From positions 1 to 51,824 of the forward strand of contig JBBIRM010000006.1 in assembly GCA_037441765.1 (NCBI GenBank): 51,824 bases of DNA. Reading direction: 5' to 3'. The notes beneath the pieces were generated by a model. It made no database searches and was not told where the DNA came from. It was given only the letters and a program-made list of their open reading frames with translations. A program made the position numbers and the translations under genes. Below, piece by piece: positions 1-9,128 of this stretch; within the stretch, counting starts at the first letter, position 1; each line of letters opens with the position of its first letter. The DNA comes from Deltaproteobacteria bacterium. GTDB lineage: Bacteria; Desulfobacterota; BSN033; UBA1163.

Positions 1-21
1 ATAAAACTCTTAATGAGGGTT

Positions 22-94
22 GGCAAGCCACAAGGGCTTGCCCTACGAGAAATGAAACGAATCTAAAAGGTAGGGCAAGGGCTTGTCCCTTGCC
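22..94. repeat. Pair of GTAG-family REP hairpins in opposite orientation
   Basis: GGCAAGCCACAAGGGCTTGCCCTAC (22-46; reverse complement begins GTAG) and GTAGGGCAAGGGCTTGTCCCTTGCC (70-94). Near-identical copies occur at 48841-48900 and 51476-51531. Confidence 0.85.
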
Positions 95-347
95 TCATTT
101 GGTTTTATTTCTTATATCGGATTACGACACTGTCTAAAGCAGGAGGAGGTTTAGGGCGCCCCTTTGACAATGGGGAAAAAGCTATCTCCTCCCTTTAACA
201 AAGGGAGGTTGGGAGGGATTTTACAAAGATTTTCAATCTACTAAGATGTTACATTTTAAATACTTTTTCATTGTTTTAGGGAAGAAGTTATGCTATTTTA
301 ATTTTATTCCAATCCGGTATTAAAATCATTATTAGAGAGAGGAACAA

Positions 348-1313
348 ATGCTTCCAATATATGGTAAAATTTATAAATTTGAACTTCCCATTCCTTTCCC
401 TCTAAATACCACCAATGTCTTCTTTATCGATGAGTCTCCAAGAACTCTTATTGATACAGGGATCAAAACAGAGGCTTCTTTCGAGACCTTAAAAAAAGGA
501 CTCGAAAAGATTGGTTTCGGCCTTGAATCTATCGAGCGTATCCTAATTACACATGGCCATATTGACCACTATGGCCAAGCAAAAAGACTGTTTTCAATCT
601 CAGGGGCCTCCATCTATATTCATCCAAAAGAATATGGAAGAATTAGGTCCATCATCCATTCCCTTGGTTATTTAAGGTCACTCCTGATAAGGAATGGAGC
701 CCCAGAAGTATTGGTGAAGGAGACAATCCAATATATCGAGTCTGCACAGAACCTGGCTGATCCTCTGGAGGATGCCTTTTTCCTAAATGATGGGGATTCT
801 ATCTCCTTTAAATCGATGACATTGAAAGCCATCCACTGTCCGGGTCATAGCCCAGGCCTTCTCTGTTTTTATTGGCCTGAGAAAAGGATTCTATTCACCG
901 GTGATCACCTCCTTAAGGAAATTACCCCTAACCCTGTCCTATATGTTCCAGAATATAGAGCACCTTTCCGCTACCCAAGTTTGAGAGATTATTTAGAGTC
1001 ATTGGGAAAAATAGACCAAATGGATATCTCACTTCTCCTTCCCGGCCATGGAGAGGAAATCTCCGATGTTAAAGGTTTGATAAAAAAAATATTATCCCAC
1101 CACAAAGAGAGAATGGAACGTGTTCTTTCTTGCCTATCCAAAAGTGAAAAGACTTCCTTTGAAATCGCTCTGGATCTATTCCCTGATGTTTCTCCTTTTG
1201 AAATCTTCTTAGGAATCTCTGAAGCGGTTGGCCACCTGGATATCCTGAGAGAGAAAGGATTGGTCAAGGTTACAGAAAAAGAGGGAAAGGACTATTATTC
1301 TCTGGAAACTTGA
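348..1313 (+). CDS. MBL-fold metallo-hydrolase with C-terminal winged-helix-like tail
   Basis: 321 aa with THGHIDH, PGHSPG, TGDH and PGHG metal motifs; GAGGA RBS upstream. Confidence 0.9.
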   Translation: MLPIYGKIYKFELPIPFPLNTTNVFFIDESPRTLIDTGIKTEASFETLKKGLEKIGFGLESIERILITHGHIDHYGQAKRLFSISGASIYIHPKEYGRIRSIIHSLGYLRSLLIRNGAPEVLVKETIQYIESAQNLADPLEDAFFLNDGDSISFKSMTLKAIHCPGHSPGLLCFYWPEKRILFTGDHLLKEITPNPVLYVPEYRAPFRYPSLRDYLESLGKIDQMDISLLLPGHGEEISDVKGLIKKILSHHKERMERVLSCLSKSEKTSFEIALDLFPDVSPFEIFLGISEAVGHLDILREKGLVKVTEKEGKDYYSLET

Positions 1314-1516
1314 TGGACTCCCAAAGTTGTTGTAAAAAGGTTATTTAAAAATCTTTTAAATTCTCGTTGATTGATTTATTCCAATTTAGTAAACTCATTT
1401 AGGAATTACACAATACGTATTTCGGTCGGAACTTGTTTCCCATAAATGTTAAAAGATGGACAAAAAACAGAGGGCTAAATTAGAAAAAGCTCTTACCATC
1501 TACTGATATCTCGATT

Positions 1517-1653
1517 GGACTTGCTAAAAAACTCGATTTCTTGAACATCTCCTACAAGAAGAGCTTTCGAGAGAAAACGAGGAGGTCACAAGATTCTATA
1601 GAGCCTTTCAAGAAGAACTTATTGAAACTCTGACAAAACAGAGATTTGCTGAC
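1517..1653 (+). pseudogene. Remnant of the N-terminal region of a type ISP-like/N-6 DNA methylase restriction-modification gene
   Basis: Reads GLAK, then a frameshift, then TRFLEHLLQEEL..FYRAFQEELIETLTKQRFAD, resembling the segment before the ADxYAQT motif of these enzymes. The matching C-terminal domain lies at 2212-3490. Confidence 0.5.
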
Positions 1654-1669
1654 AATATAATGAATCATC

Positions 1670-2191
1670 ATGGATAAATATAGAAAATCCATTCGATTGA
1701 GAAATTATGATTATTCCCAACCCGGAGGTTATTTTGTAACCATTTGTACGAATAATATAGAGTTTTAATTTGAAAAGTTGCCCGAATTAAAGCATATTGT
1801 CCAGAACCAATGGAAGGGATTGGGAAAGAGATATTTGGAAATTGAATTGGATGAATTTATCGTTATGCCAAACCATATACATGGAATAATATTCATTGTA
1901 GGGGTAATTCATGAATTACCCCTACAACAACGACGTAAGATGCTTTTACCCAAGGTAATCGGATATTTTAAAATGAATACTGCCAAACTGATTAACCAAA
2001 TGATAAACAGGTCAGGTCCCTTCTGGCAGCCTAATTATTATGAGCATATCATTCGTAACGAAAAGGAATTATCTCGAATTAGGGAATATATTCAGAATAA
2101 TCCCTTAAAATGGGATTTGGATAGGGAGAACCCAATGTCAAAAAATTTCAATTTAGACCACGATACCTATTGGAAAGAAGTTTATGGATAA
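1670..2191 (+). pseudogene. REP-associated tyrosine transposase (RAYT/TnpA-Y1, IS200/IS605 superfamily) with an in-frame stop
   Basis: ATG 1670 gives MDKYRKSIRLRNYDYSQPGGYFVTICT, TAA at 1766-1768, then the same frame continues with MPNHIHGII (HUH) and WQPNYYEHIIRN..IREYIQNNP. Confidence 0.85.
1896..1927. repeat. Perfect 32-bp GTAG palindrome inside the RAYT reading frame
   Basis: TTGTAGGGGTAATTCA|TGAATTACCCCTACAA, encoding VGVIHELPLQ. Confidence 0.9.
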
Positions 2192-2211
2192 TTGAAAGAG
2201 GTTATTGTGGC

Positions 2212-3490
2212 ATGAACCAAAAGAAACTTGCCAAAGTCTATTATGCTGACGTCTGGGGGCCAAGAGAGGAGAAATACAATTATCTCTTCGGAAATGATGT
2301 TCGAACAACCAAATGGCAAAAACTTGAACCCACTCCTCCTTATTACTTCTTTGTCCCAAAAGATTTTGCGTTACAAGTTGAATATGAAGAATTCTGGAAA
2401 GTAACGGAGATTTTTAAAGAGTGGTCCAGCGGAGTGAAAACCCATCGAGATCATTTCGCGGTCGGTTTTACAAAGGAAGAAGTTGTCTAGAGAATAAGGG
2501 TTTTTACAGGGAAATTGCCCGACGATTTAGTTGCTCGAAGTTTAGATCTCAAGGATACAGGAACTTGGAAATTGTCCGAGGTCAGACAAAAAATTAAAAC
2601 CCAAAAACCAGAAGGTAAAATTTATCCTTATGTATACCGACCTTTTGATACCCGGTGGATTTGCTATGAATCATTATTAATAGAGAGAGATAGATATCCA
2701 TTTATGGGACATTTACTTAAAGAAAACATATCTCTTGTTACAACAAGGATATTATCTGCGCCACCTTTCTTTCATACTTTCATTTCAAATTTCCTATCAG
2801 ATATTTGTCTAATTTCATTAAAAACTAAAGAAACTTCTTACTTTTTCCCTCTCTACCTCTATCCTGATGAACCTGTAGGGGCAATTCATGATTCCGTAGG
2901 GGTAATTCATGAATTACCCCTACAAACAAACCGAATCCCCAATTTCACCTCTGAATTTTTTCAGGCAATCAAAACATCACTTGGTTTGGAACAAACCCCA
3001 GAGGAGATTTTTTACTACATCTATGCTGTCCTTTATTCGCCAACCTACCGAAAGCGCTATGAGGAATTTCTCAAAATAGATTTTCCAAGAGTTCCGTTGC
3101 CGACAAATCAGGAGGCCTTCAGGAAATTAAGCAATCTCGGAAAGGAGCTTGTAGAACTTCATTTGCTTAAGCATCCTGATCTTGATAAGACCGAGGTTGG
3201 TTTCCCAAAAAGCGGTTCTAACATGGTTGAAAAGATTATACCTGTTGGGATAGATGATAATCTGTCCATCTATATAAACAAAGATCAGTATTTTGAAGGT
3301 CCCAAAAGAGGTTTGGGAATACAGAATTGGTGCCTACCAGGTGATGGAAAAATATCTGAAGGACAGAAAAGGTCGAAAACTTTCCCTCGACGAGATTAAC
3401 CATTACATGAAAGTAGCAAAAGCCATCCAATTAACAATTGAATTTCAGGAAAAGATTGACGATGTTTTCCAAAAAAGTCACCCAATTTAG
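2212..3490 (+). pseudogene. Type ISP-like restriction-modification C-terminal specificity region, disrupted
   Basis: SGVKTHRD, YRPFD.RWI.Y, PEEIFYYIYAVLYSPTYRKRYEEFLKIDFPRVP and VWEYRIGAYQV motifs. In-frame TAG at 2488-2490 and a frameshift near 3300; methylase core absent. Confidence 0.85.
2875..2923. repeat. One and a half copies of the RAYT-internal GTAG palindrome inserted in frame in the RM gene
   Basis: GTAGGGGCAATTCATGA (2875-2891) followed by GTAGGGGTAATTCATGAATTACCCCTAC (2896-2923), identical to 1898-1925. Confidence 0.9.
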
Positions 3491-3501
3491 TCACTGATTT
3501 T

Positions 3502-5097
3502 ATGCTGCCCGAATCCATGACCTATTACAGTATTGGGCCATTCTTTGGTTTTTCCACCAATTTGGTCATGGCCTTCCTCTGTCTTTTGGTTTTAATCCTA
3601 TATCGCCACTACCGACCTCTCCGTAGCCTCTTTCTCTTCTACCTCTTTTCAACTCTTTTCTTCCTTGGTGGGATGATCTATGGTCTTCAGAGGTCAACAG
3701 AAACGATCCTTATTGGATATCGAATCGACCTGTCAGCCTTAAGCCTGTTGCCCACATGCTGGGCCTGGTTTGTCTCGGCCCTCTTTAATAATAAGCCCGA
3801 CTGGAAGGTCTGGAGCATTACTCTATTGAGCCTCCTTTTTTCTATCTCTGCCCTTTTTGCTCAAGGACCTTGGTTTATAGGCCTCCCCCTTGAATCCCAT
3901 CTTGTCGATCCCAATATCCTGAGACCCCAATCCATACTACTTAAGCCCATTATCTACTCTTTCTGTTTCATCACAGGACTCTATTACTCTCTTATGACCA
4001 TCGTCAAATTGTTCCGGGCCAAAGAACAGAGACCCATTTATCTCCTTCCTCTTAGTTTCGGACTGTTGCTCTGGTTCTTTGGTGGGATCCATGATGCACT
4101 CCGCTCCATTGGGATCAGTTTCATCCTGAAACAGCAGGTCTTGTGGGCAACCTCCTATGGTCTCTCCATTTCCTTGACCCTTGCTGTTGTTCTCCATTTC
4201 CGCTCCCTTGAGATGGCCATTCGTCAGGCACGCGATACATTTGAGAAATTTGTCCCTCCAGCCTATCTCAATCGAATTGCTACTAAAGGAATTGGGTCAA
4301 TCCGTCTCGGGGAGGCTGATCAACAGGAGGTGGCCATTCTTTGTTGCGATATTCGAGGATTTACAACCCTCTCGGAGCGTGTGAGTCCTGGGGATCTAAT
4401 CGCACTGGTCAACCAATTCTATGAACGAATTGCAATGGGAGTCAAGGCAAAAGAGGGGATCATTGATAAGTTCCTTGGAGATGCCATTTTATGCCTTTTC
4501 GAGGGTAGGGATTCGGCCAATCGGGCAATGGCCTGTGGGGTAGAGATGCTCCGTCTCACCCGGGCATTTAACCACTTATCAAACAACCCTGACGATCGAT
4601 CGATCCAGATAGGCATTGGCCTTCATGCGGGGCCTGTCATTCTTGGCACCATTGGTTCTTCTGAAAGGATGGACTCTACGGTATTAGGTCTTACTGTTAA
4701 TGTGGCCAAACGCATTGAAGAGGCAACAAAATCTCTTAATGTTTCATTTCTCACTTCGGAGGAGGTAATAAAAAAACTTCCAGTGACCCACTCCCATCTG
4801 CTAAGGCCCCTCGGCCAGATCTGGTTCAAAGGTTGTTCCAAGGCATTAAGGATGTTTGAAGTCTATGATGGGGATCCACCTGAAATAAGAAGGCTCAAGG
4901 ACCAAATGCTTCCCCTCATCGCTGAAGGATTTCAATTGATCGAAAATGGCCAATTTCCTTCAGCCCTTCAAAAATTTCAGGAGGCCCACTACCTTTTCCC
5001 GAATGATACTCCCCTAAGGCTTCTGATCTCTTCCCTTAATCACATTTTGGATAGTGGGGAGGCTAAAAGCCCTCTTGCCCTACTCGATTTAAGATAA
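3502..5097 (+). CDS. Membrane-bound class III adenylate/guanylate cyclase (N-terminal ~7 TM domain)
   Basis: Hydrophobic first ~235 aa; cyclase motifs CDIRGFT, IDKFLGDA, GIGLHAG, TVNVAKR. Confidence 0.9.
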   Translation: MLPESMTYYSIGPFFGFSTNLVMAFLCLLVLILYRHYRPLRSLFLFYLFSTLFFLGGMIYGLQRSTETILIGYRIDLSALSLLPTCWAWFVSALFNNKPDWKVWSITLLSLLFSISALFAQGPWFIGLPLESHLVDPNILRPQSILLKPIIYSFCFITGLYYSLMTIVKLFRAKEQRPIYLLPLSFGLLLWFFGGIHDALRSIGISFILKQQVLWATSYGLSISLTLAVVLHFRSLEMAIRQARDTFEKFVPPAYLNRIATKGIGSIRLGEADQQEVAILCCDIRGFTTLSERVSPGDLIALVNQFYERIAMGVKAKEGIIDKFLGDAILCLFEGRDSANRAMACGVEMLRLTRAFNHLSNNPDDRSIQIGIGLHAGPVILGTIGSSERMDSTVLGLTVNVAKRIEEATKSLNVSFLTSEEVIKKLPVTHSHLLRPLGQIWFKGCSKALRMFEVYDGDPPEIRRLKDQMLPLIAEGFQLIENGQFPSALQKFQEAHYLFPNDTPLRLLISSLNHILDSGEAKSPLALLDLR

Positions 5098-5116
5098 GAG
5101 AGGAGAGGAAAAGGTT

Positions 5117-5902
5117 TTATTGAACCGTCTCCCCTGGTTTTAATATTAGGACTTTAGTCTGGGGGACGTCTTTCATCAATTTTAAAAATTCTTCCGAAGT
5201 CCCTGTCAGCACTGGAAATGTTCCGTAATGCATGGGGATTACAAACCTTGATCCAAGAAGTCTCGCTGCATAGGTGGCCTCTCTTGGATCCATTGTGTAA
5301 TGGCTTCCGATAGGTAAGAGCGAAAGTTCAGGTTTGTAGAGTTCGCCTATAATCTTCATATCAGCAAAGACACCTGTATCTCCAGCATGGTAGATGGTGA
5401 AGCCATTTTCAAACCTGACTACAAAACCTGCTGGATCCCCTAAATAAATGTCTCTGTCCCCTTCTGTAATACTTGAACTGTGAATGGCATGAACCATTGT
5501 GATGGCAATCCCATTAGAGGTATAGGTTCCTCCCTTGTTCATCCCGATGACATTCTTAACGCCTTTTCTTGAAAGGTATCTTCCCAACTCAGGCATCGCT
5601 ATCACCTTTGCATTCGTCTTCCCTGCAATGGTAATGGTGTCCCCTAAATGATCTGCGTGGCCATGGGTAACCAGAATTAGATCGGCCTTCTCAACCGTTT
5701 TCAATTCGGCTGGAGTTTTTGGATTTCCACTAAGAAAGGGATCAATGTAAAGGATGACTCCCTTGGGAGAAACCAGTTTGAATGCCGCATGGCCCAAGTA
5801 GGTTATCTTCACTCCCTTACCGATCTCTTGACCCCACACTGGGAATAAAGAAACAAAAAACAAAAATAAAATGGTGGAAAGATTCGTAAGGAAAGACTGC
5901 AT
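5117..5902 (-). CDS. Metal-dependent hydrolase, MBL fold (UPF0173/UlaG-like), with predicted signal peptide
   Basis: LGHA, THGHADH, YHAGDT and PMHYGTF motifs; hydrophobic N-terminus; ATG 5902 has the better RBS spacing. Confidence 0.9.
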   Translation of the reverse strand: MQSFLTNLSTILFLFFVSLFPVWGQEIGKGVKITYLGHAAFKLVSPKGVILYIDPFLSGNPKTPAELKTVEKADLILVTHGHADHLGDTITIAGKTNAKVIAMPELGRYLSRKGVKNVIGMNKGGTYTSNGIAITMVHAIHSSSITEGDRDIYLGDPAGFVVRFENGFTIYHAGDTGVFADMKIIGELYKPELSLLPIGSHYTMDPREATYAARLLGSRFVIPMHYGTFPVLTGTSEEFLKLMKDVPQTKVLILKPGETVQ

Positions 5903-5930
5903 GACCAATACCCCCTTTCTGCTCAGTTTT

Positions 5931-7508
5931 TTACCCCTTTTTTCCCATTAAATGTTTCGCCTTCCAAAAAAGGTTTGATAGGTCACAGAGCCTCCTCCCC
6001 CAGAAGGGTTTGGAGGATCGCCTCGCATTTGAATGAATGAAACAAAAGTGGTTACATCGAATCTTATGGATGGCCTTTTCAAAACCCTTCTCATCTTTTT
6101 CATCATTAAAATAATTTGGAATCCAGTATCCTAAGGAGGAGAAGGTGTTCTCCTCTCCAGAATGGTAATGGTAGAAATCCATAAAACTTCGAAGGGAAGT
6201 CTGAATACCAAATTTTTCTGTGTCAAGATACCATGGAGAGCCAGGCTCCATCTCGATGGTAAAGGTCCTTATCCCTTTCACGTTCGGGTACCTGGCACGG
6301 ATCTCCTTTTGCAATCTGATCGTCTCTTGAAGACCCTCCTCTCCTTCAAAAGGAACGCCGAGGGTAAAGAAGACATCCCCATAGACCTGATGTTCTTTCA
6401 TTTGATCAAGAGATGCCATCAAGGCTTGATTGGTATAAGCGTATCCTTTATGAATCTTTCTTACACGTTCGTCTCCCACATCCGGAGAAATGGAAATGAG
6501 TGACTTTGGTCCAGGAAAAGTTTCTTTAAAAGATCTGATAAACTCTGCAGTCGGCAATCCAAAGGATTCGAAGAAACATTCCATCTTGATCTTCTCTCTG
6601 CGAATCCGAGAAAAGAGATCGAGGTAATATTCAGGCTCTTGGGGAAAGGGATCGAAACAGATATGAAAGGTCTCATAACCATATGCAACCGCCTCTTGGA
6701 TGGACTGGAGGACCTCTTCCACTCCCCTGAAAGTGACCTCTTTTCTTCCTGTAATGGTTCTCTGAGAAGGGATATTTCCACTACACCAGGTACATTGGAC
6801 AGGGCAACCCCTGCCCACCGTGAGATGGTATATGGGGGATTTAAGAGAGAACATCCAGAAATTCTTCTCTTTAGAAACTCCTTTGACATAAAATGGCTGG
6901 CCAATGAAGCGGATGTAGATAGAGTAATTTTTTAATAATGGAAAGTTATTGAATGAAAGGTTGTTGAGATCCTTCTCCGAGGCCACATAGGAAAGGGGGT
7001 TTATGAAAACTCTTCCTTTTCTTCTCCAGGTGAGATTGGGAATAGAATAGAGGTCTTCTTTTCCAAAAAGGATGGCATTTGCCAACTCCAAAATGGGAAC
7101 CTCTGCTTCTCCTCGAATGATCCCATCTACCGTGTCAAAGTTTCGCATGATCTCTTCGTGGAAAAAACTGGCGGTGAACCCTCCTAAGAGAATGTAGATC
7201 TGGGGAAATGTAGTTTTAATCTGCTTAACCACCTCCATCACATCAAAACTCTGATGATGCCAGTGAAGATCAAGAGCAACGATCCTTGGGTTTATTTTCC
7301 GGATATAATCGATGATAGAAAATCTTGGGTCTTCGATCCATTCCAGACCAAGATGGACAACCTGGGTTGAGATTTGTTGGCGCTGGAGAAGGTCGGCCAA
7401 ACCAAGAAGTCCCATTGGTAGGAAGTTAATCCAGATGAATTGATCAATAGGCCGATAGTAGTTGTTAAATTTGGGGACGTGGAGGAACAAAAAATCCACT
7501 CTTTCCAT
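5931..7508 (-). CDS. Cobalamin-binding radical SAM protein
   Basis: N-terminal B12-binding-like domain (P.GL..LA, LGGFTAS, RGEAE..I..L) and GRGCPVQCTWC. Confidence 0.85.
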   Translation of the reverse strand: MERVDFLFLHVPKFNNYYRPIDQFIWINFLPMGLLGLADLLQRQQISTQVVHLGLEWIEDPRFSIIDYIRKINPRIVALDLHWHHQSFDVMEVVKQIKTTFPQIYILLGGFTASFFHEEIMRNFDTVDGIIRGEAEVPILELANAILFGKEDLYSIPNLTWRRKGRVFINPLSYVASEKDLNNLSFNNFPLLKNYSIYIRFIGQPFYVKGVSKEKNFWMFSLKSPIYHLTVGRGCPVQCTWCSGNIPSQRTITGRKEVTFRGVEEVLQSIQEAVAYGYETFHICFDPFPQEPEYYLDLFSRIRREKIKMECFFESFGLPTAEFIRSFKETFPGPKSLISISPDVGDERVRKIHKGYAYTNQALMASLDQMKEHQVYGDVFFTLGVPFEGEEGLQETIRLQKEIRARYPNVKGIRTFTIEMEPGSPWYLDTEKFGIQTSLRSFMDFYHYHSGEENTFSSLGYWIPNYFNDEKDEKGFEKAIHKIRCNHFCFIHSNARRSSKPFWGRRLCDLSNLFWKAKHLMGKKG

Positions 7509-7622
7509 TACCGAAATTGTAAAATGTCAATGTGAAGGATTTCAACCCCAGCCCCGATTTGCCAAGGTGCAGACTGCATAGAGAATAGCGTAATCTGTAT
7601 AATGAATAACTATCAAATGGCT

Positions 7623-9128
7623 CTACACTTTATGCAATTTTTGAAGGATGGTTCTTACAGCAAAGAGTCCAGAAAGGCTGGCCCCCACAATACTGTGAGA
7701 GGGTCTGCTGTAATGTCCGACCTGAAAGAGGCCTGGGATAGGTGTCTGATGGGGAGGCCTTGAAATTCCCATCTGCCTGGGGGTTGAGGCCAGGCCATAC
7801 ATCGCTCCCCTTTCATTTCCGGTATATCGTTCTAAGGTTAATGGAGTGGCCGCCTCATAAAAAAGAAGATGGTTACTCAGCCCTGGAAAAAGTCTCGATT
7901 CTAATTGTTTAAGCACCATCTGTGAGAATTCTTCTTTGAGATTTCGATAGGTTTCAGGATCGCCCTTACCCCACCGATCTCTATAGTGGTAAGGAGCCGT
8001 TACAATCACTTTCAGAAGGTGTTGACCTTCTGGTGCTAATGAAGGATCCAGGAGCGTTGGAATGGATAAAATCATAGTGGGGTTTTTTGGGATATCTCCC
8101 CTTCGAAGCATCCGGTCCTCTTCCTCCAGATCGGATAGAGCACGGAGATAGGTAAAATAAGGAATGCTCCCCTTCTTTAAATCTAAATCTGTTCCAAGGT
8201 AGAGAATGAAACAGGAATGAGAATATTCCCAGTCTCTCATCCTCTTTATCATAGTGTTTTTAAATTCACCAGGAAGCATTCTCATTAAATGGTTTGGGTT
8301 GATATTGGAGAGGATCAACGGGGACTGATAAAAATCTCCATCCAGAGTCTCGATCCCTTCGACCCTCCCATCCTTGATCAATATTTTACTGACTTCTTTC
8401 CGGAGAATAATCTCTCCGCCTGCATTTAAAAAGGAGTCCAAAAAGGCTTTAGAAATCCCTCCCATCCCTCCTTTCGGATAAAAGACCCCTTCCATCAAGG
8501 CCTTGCTTATCAAGATGGCAACGAATAGAAAAGAGGTTCTTGAAGGTGGTTCTGTAATGGGAAGGGTATGAAGGGCCATCTTGACTTCACCTCCCCTAAA
8601 AAGACCATTTAGAATGGTCTGGTGGGTGGTCCGATGGTAGCGAAGAAGATTTGGGCAATAGAATGGAAATAGAATACTTTTCACCAATCCCTTTTCAGAA
8701 TAATATTTTAATTCTTTGCCGATTTGTTGGACAAGTTTGAAATATCTCCTCAATCCCTTTTCCTCTTCGGGAAAGAGTTGAAGGAGACTATCTATATAAG
8801 GCTGAAACCCTCCCTGTCTTAGATGAACCTCAAAACCCGGATAGATATTCCGAATGTGATGGATTGGAATGAAGTCAACCTCATTTTGTATACCAACCTC
8901 CTTAAGGATCTCAGAAAACTCGCCACCTTCCTGGCATCCACCTATAAAGGCCCCTGTTGCATCGATGGTGAATCCATTCCTTTTAAAGGAGACTACATAG
9001 CCTCCTACCTGTTTCTCTTTTTCGAAGATAAGGACCCTAAACCCATTTCTTGCAAGAAGAGCTCCAGAAGTAAGTCCTCCCATCCCAGCACCAATGACGA
9101 GGGCATCGTATATTTTAGCCTTTGCCAT
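7623..9128 (-). CDS. Phytoene desaturase/retinol saturase-family FAD oxidoreductase
   Basis: IGAGMGG Rossmann motif, EK..VGG, YPKGG, DPSLAPEG, TPLTLERYT...GAMYG. Confidence 0.85.
   Translation of the reverse strand: MAKAKIYDALVIGAGMGGLTSGALLARNGFRVLIFEKEKQVGGYVVSFKRNGFTIDATGAFIGGCQEGGEFSEILKEVGIQNEVDFIPIHHIRNIYPGFEVHLRQGGFQPYIDSLLQLFPEEEKGLRRYFKLVQQIGKELKYYSEKGLVKSILFPFYCPNLLRYHRTTHQTILNGLFRGGEVKMALHTLPITEPPSRTSFLFVAILISKALMEGVFYPKGGMGGISKAFLDSFLNAGGEIILRKEVSKILIKDGRVEGIETLDGDFYQSPLILSNINPNHLMRMLPGEFKNTMIKRMRDWEYSHSCFILYLGTDLDLKKGSIPYFTYLRALSDLEEEDRMLRRGDIPKNPTMILSIPTLLDPSLAPEGQHLLKVIVTAPYHYRDRWGKGDPETYRNLKEEFSQMVLKQLESRLFPGLSNHLLFYEAATPLTLERYTGNERGAMYGLASTPRQMGISRPPHQTPIPGLFQVGHYSRPSHSIVGASLSGLFAVRTILQKLHKV

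Noticed and set aside
22-230. CRISPR array from the short palindromic repeats
   Set aside because: No regularly spaced direct repeats with unique spacers and no cas genes; these are REP-type hairpins.
1766-2490. Stop-codon readthrough (Sec/Pyl or recoding) at the in-frame stops
   Set aside because: The stops are TAA and TAG, are accompanied by frameshifts in the same locus, and TAG/TAA terminate normal genes elsewhere in the window; decay is simpler.
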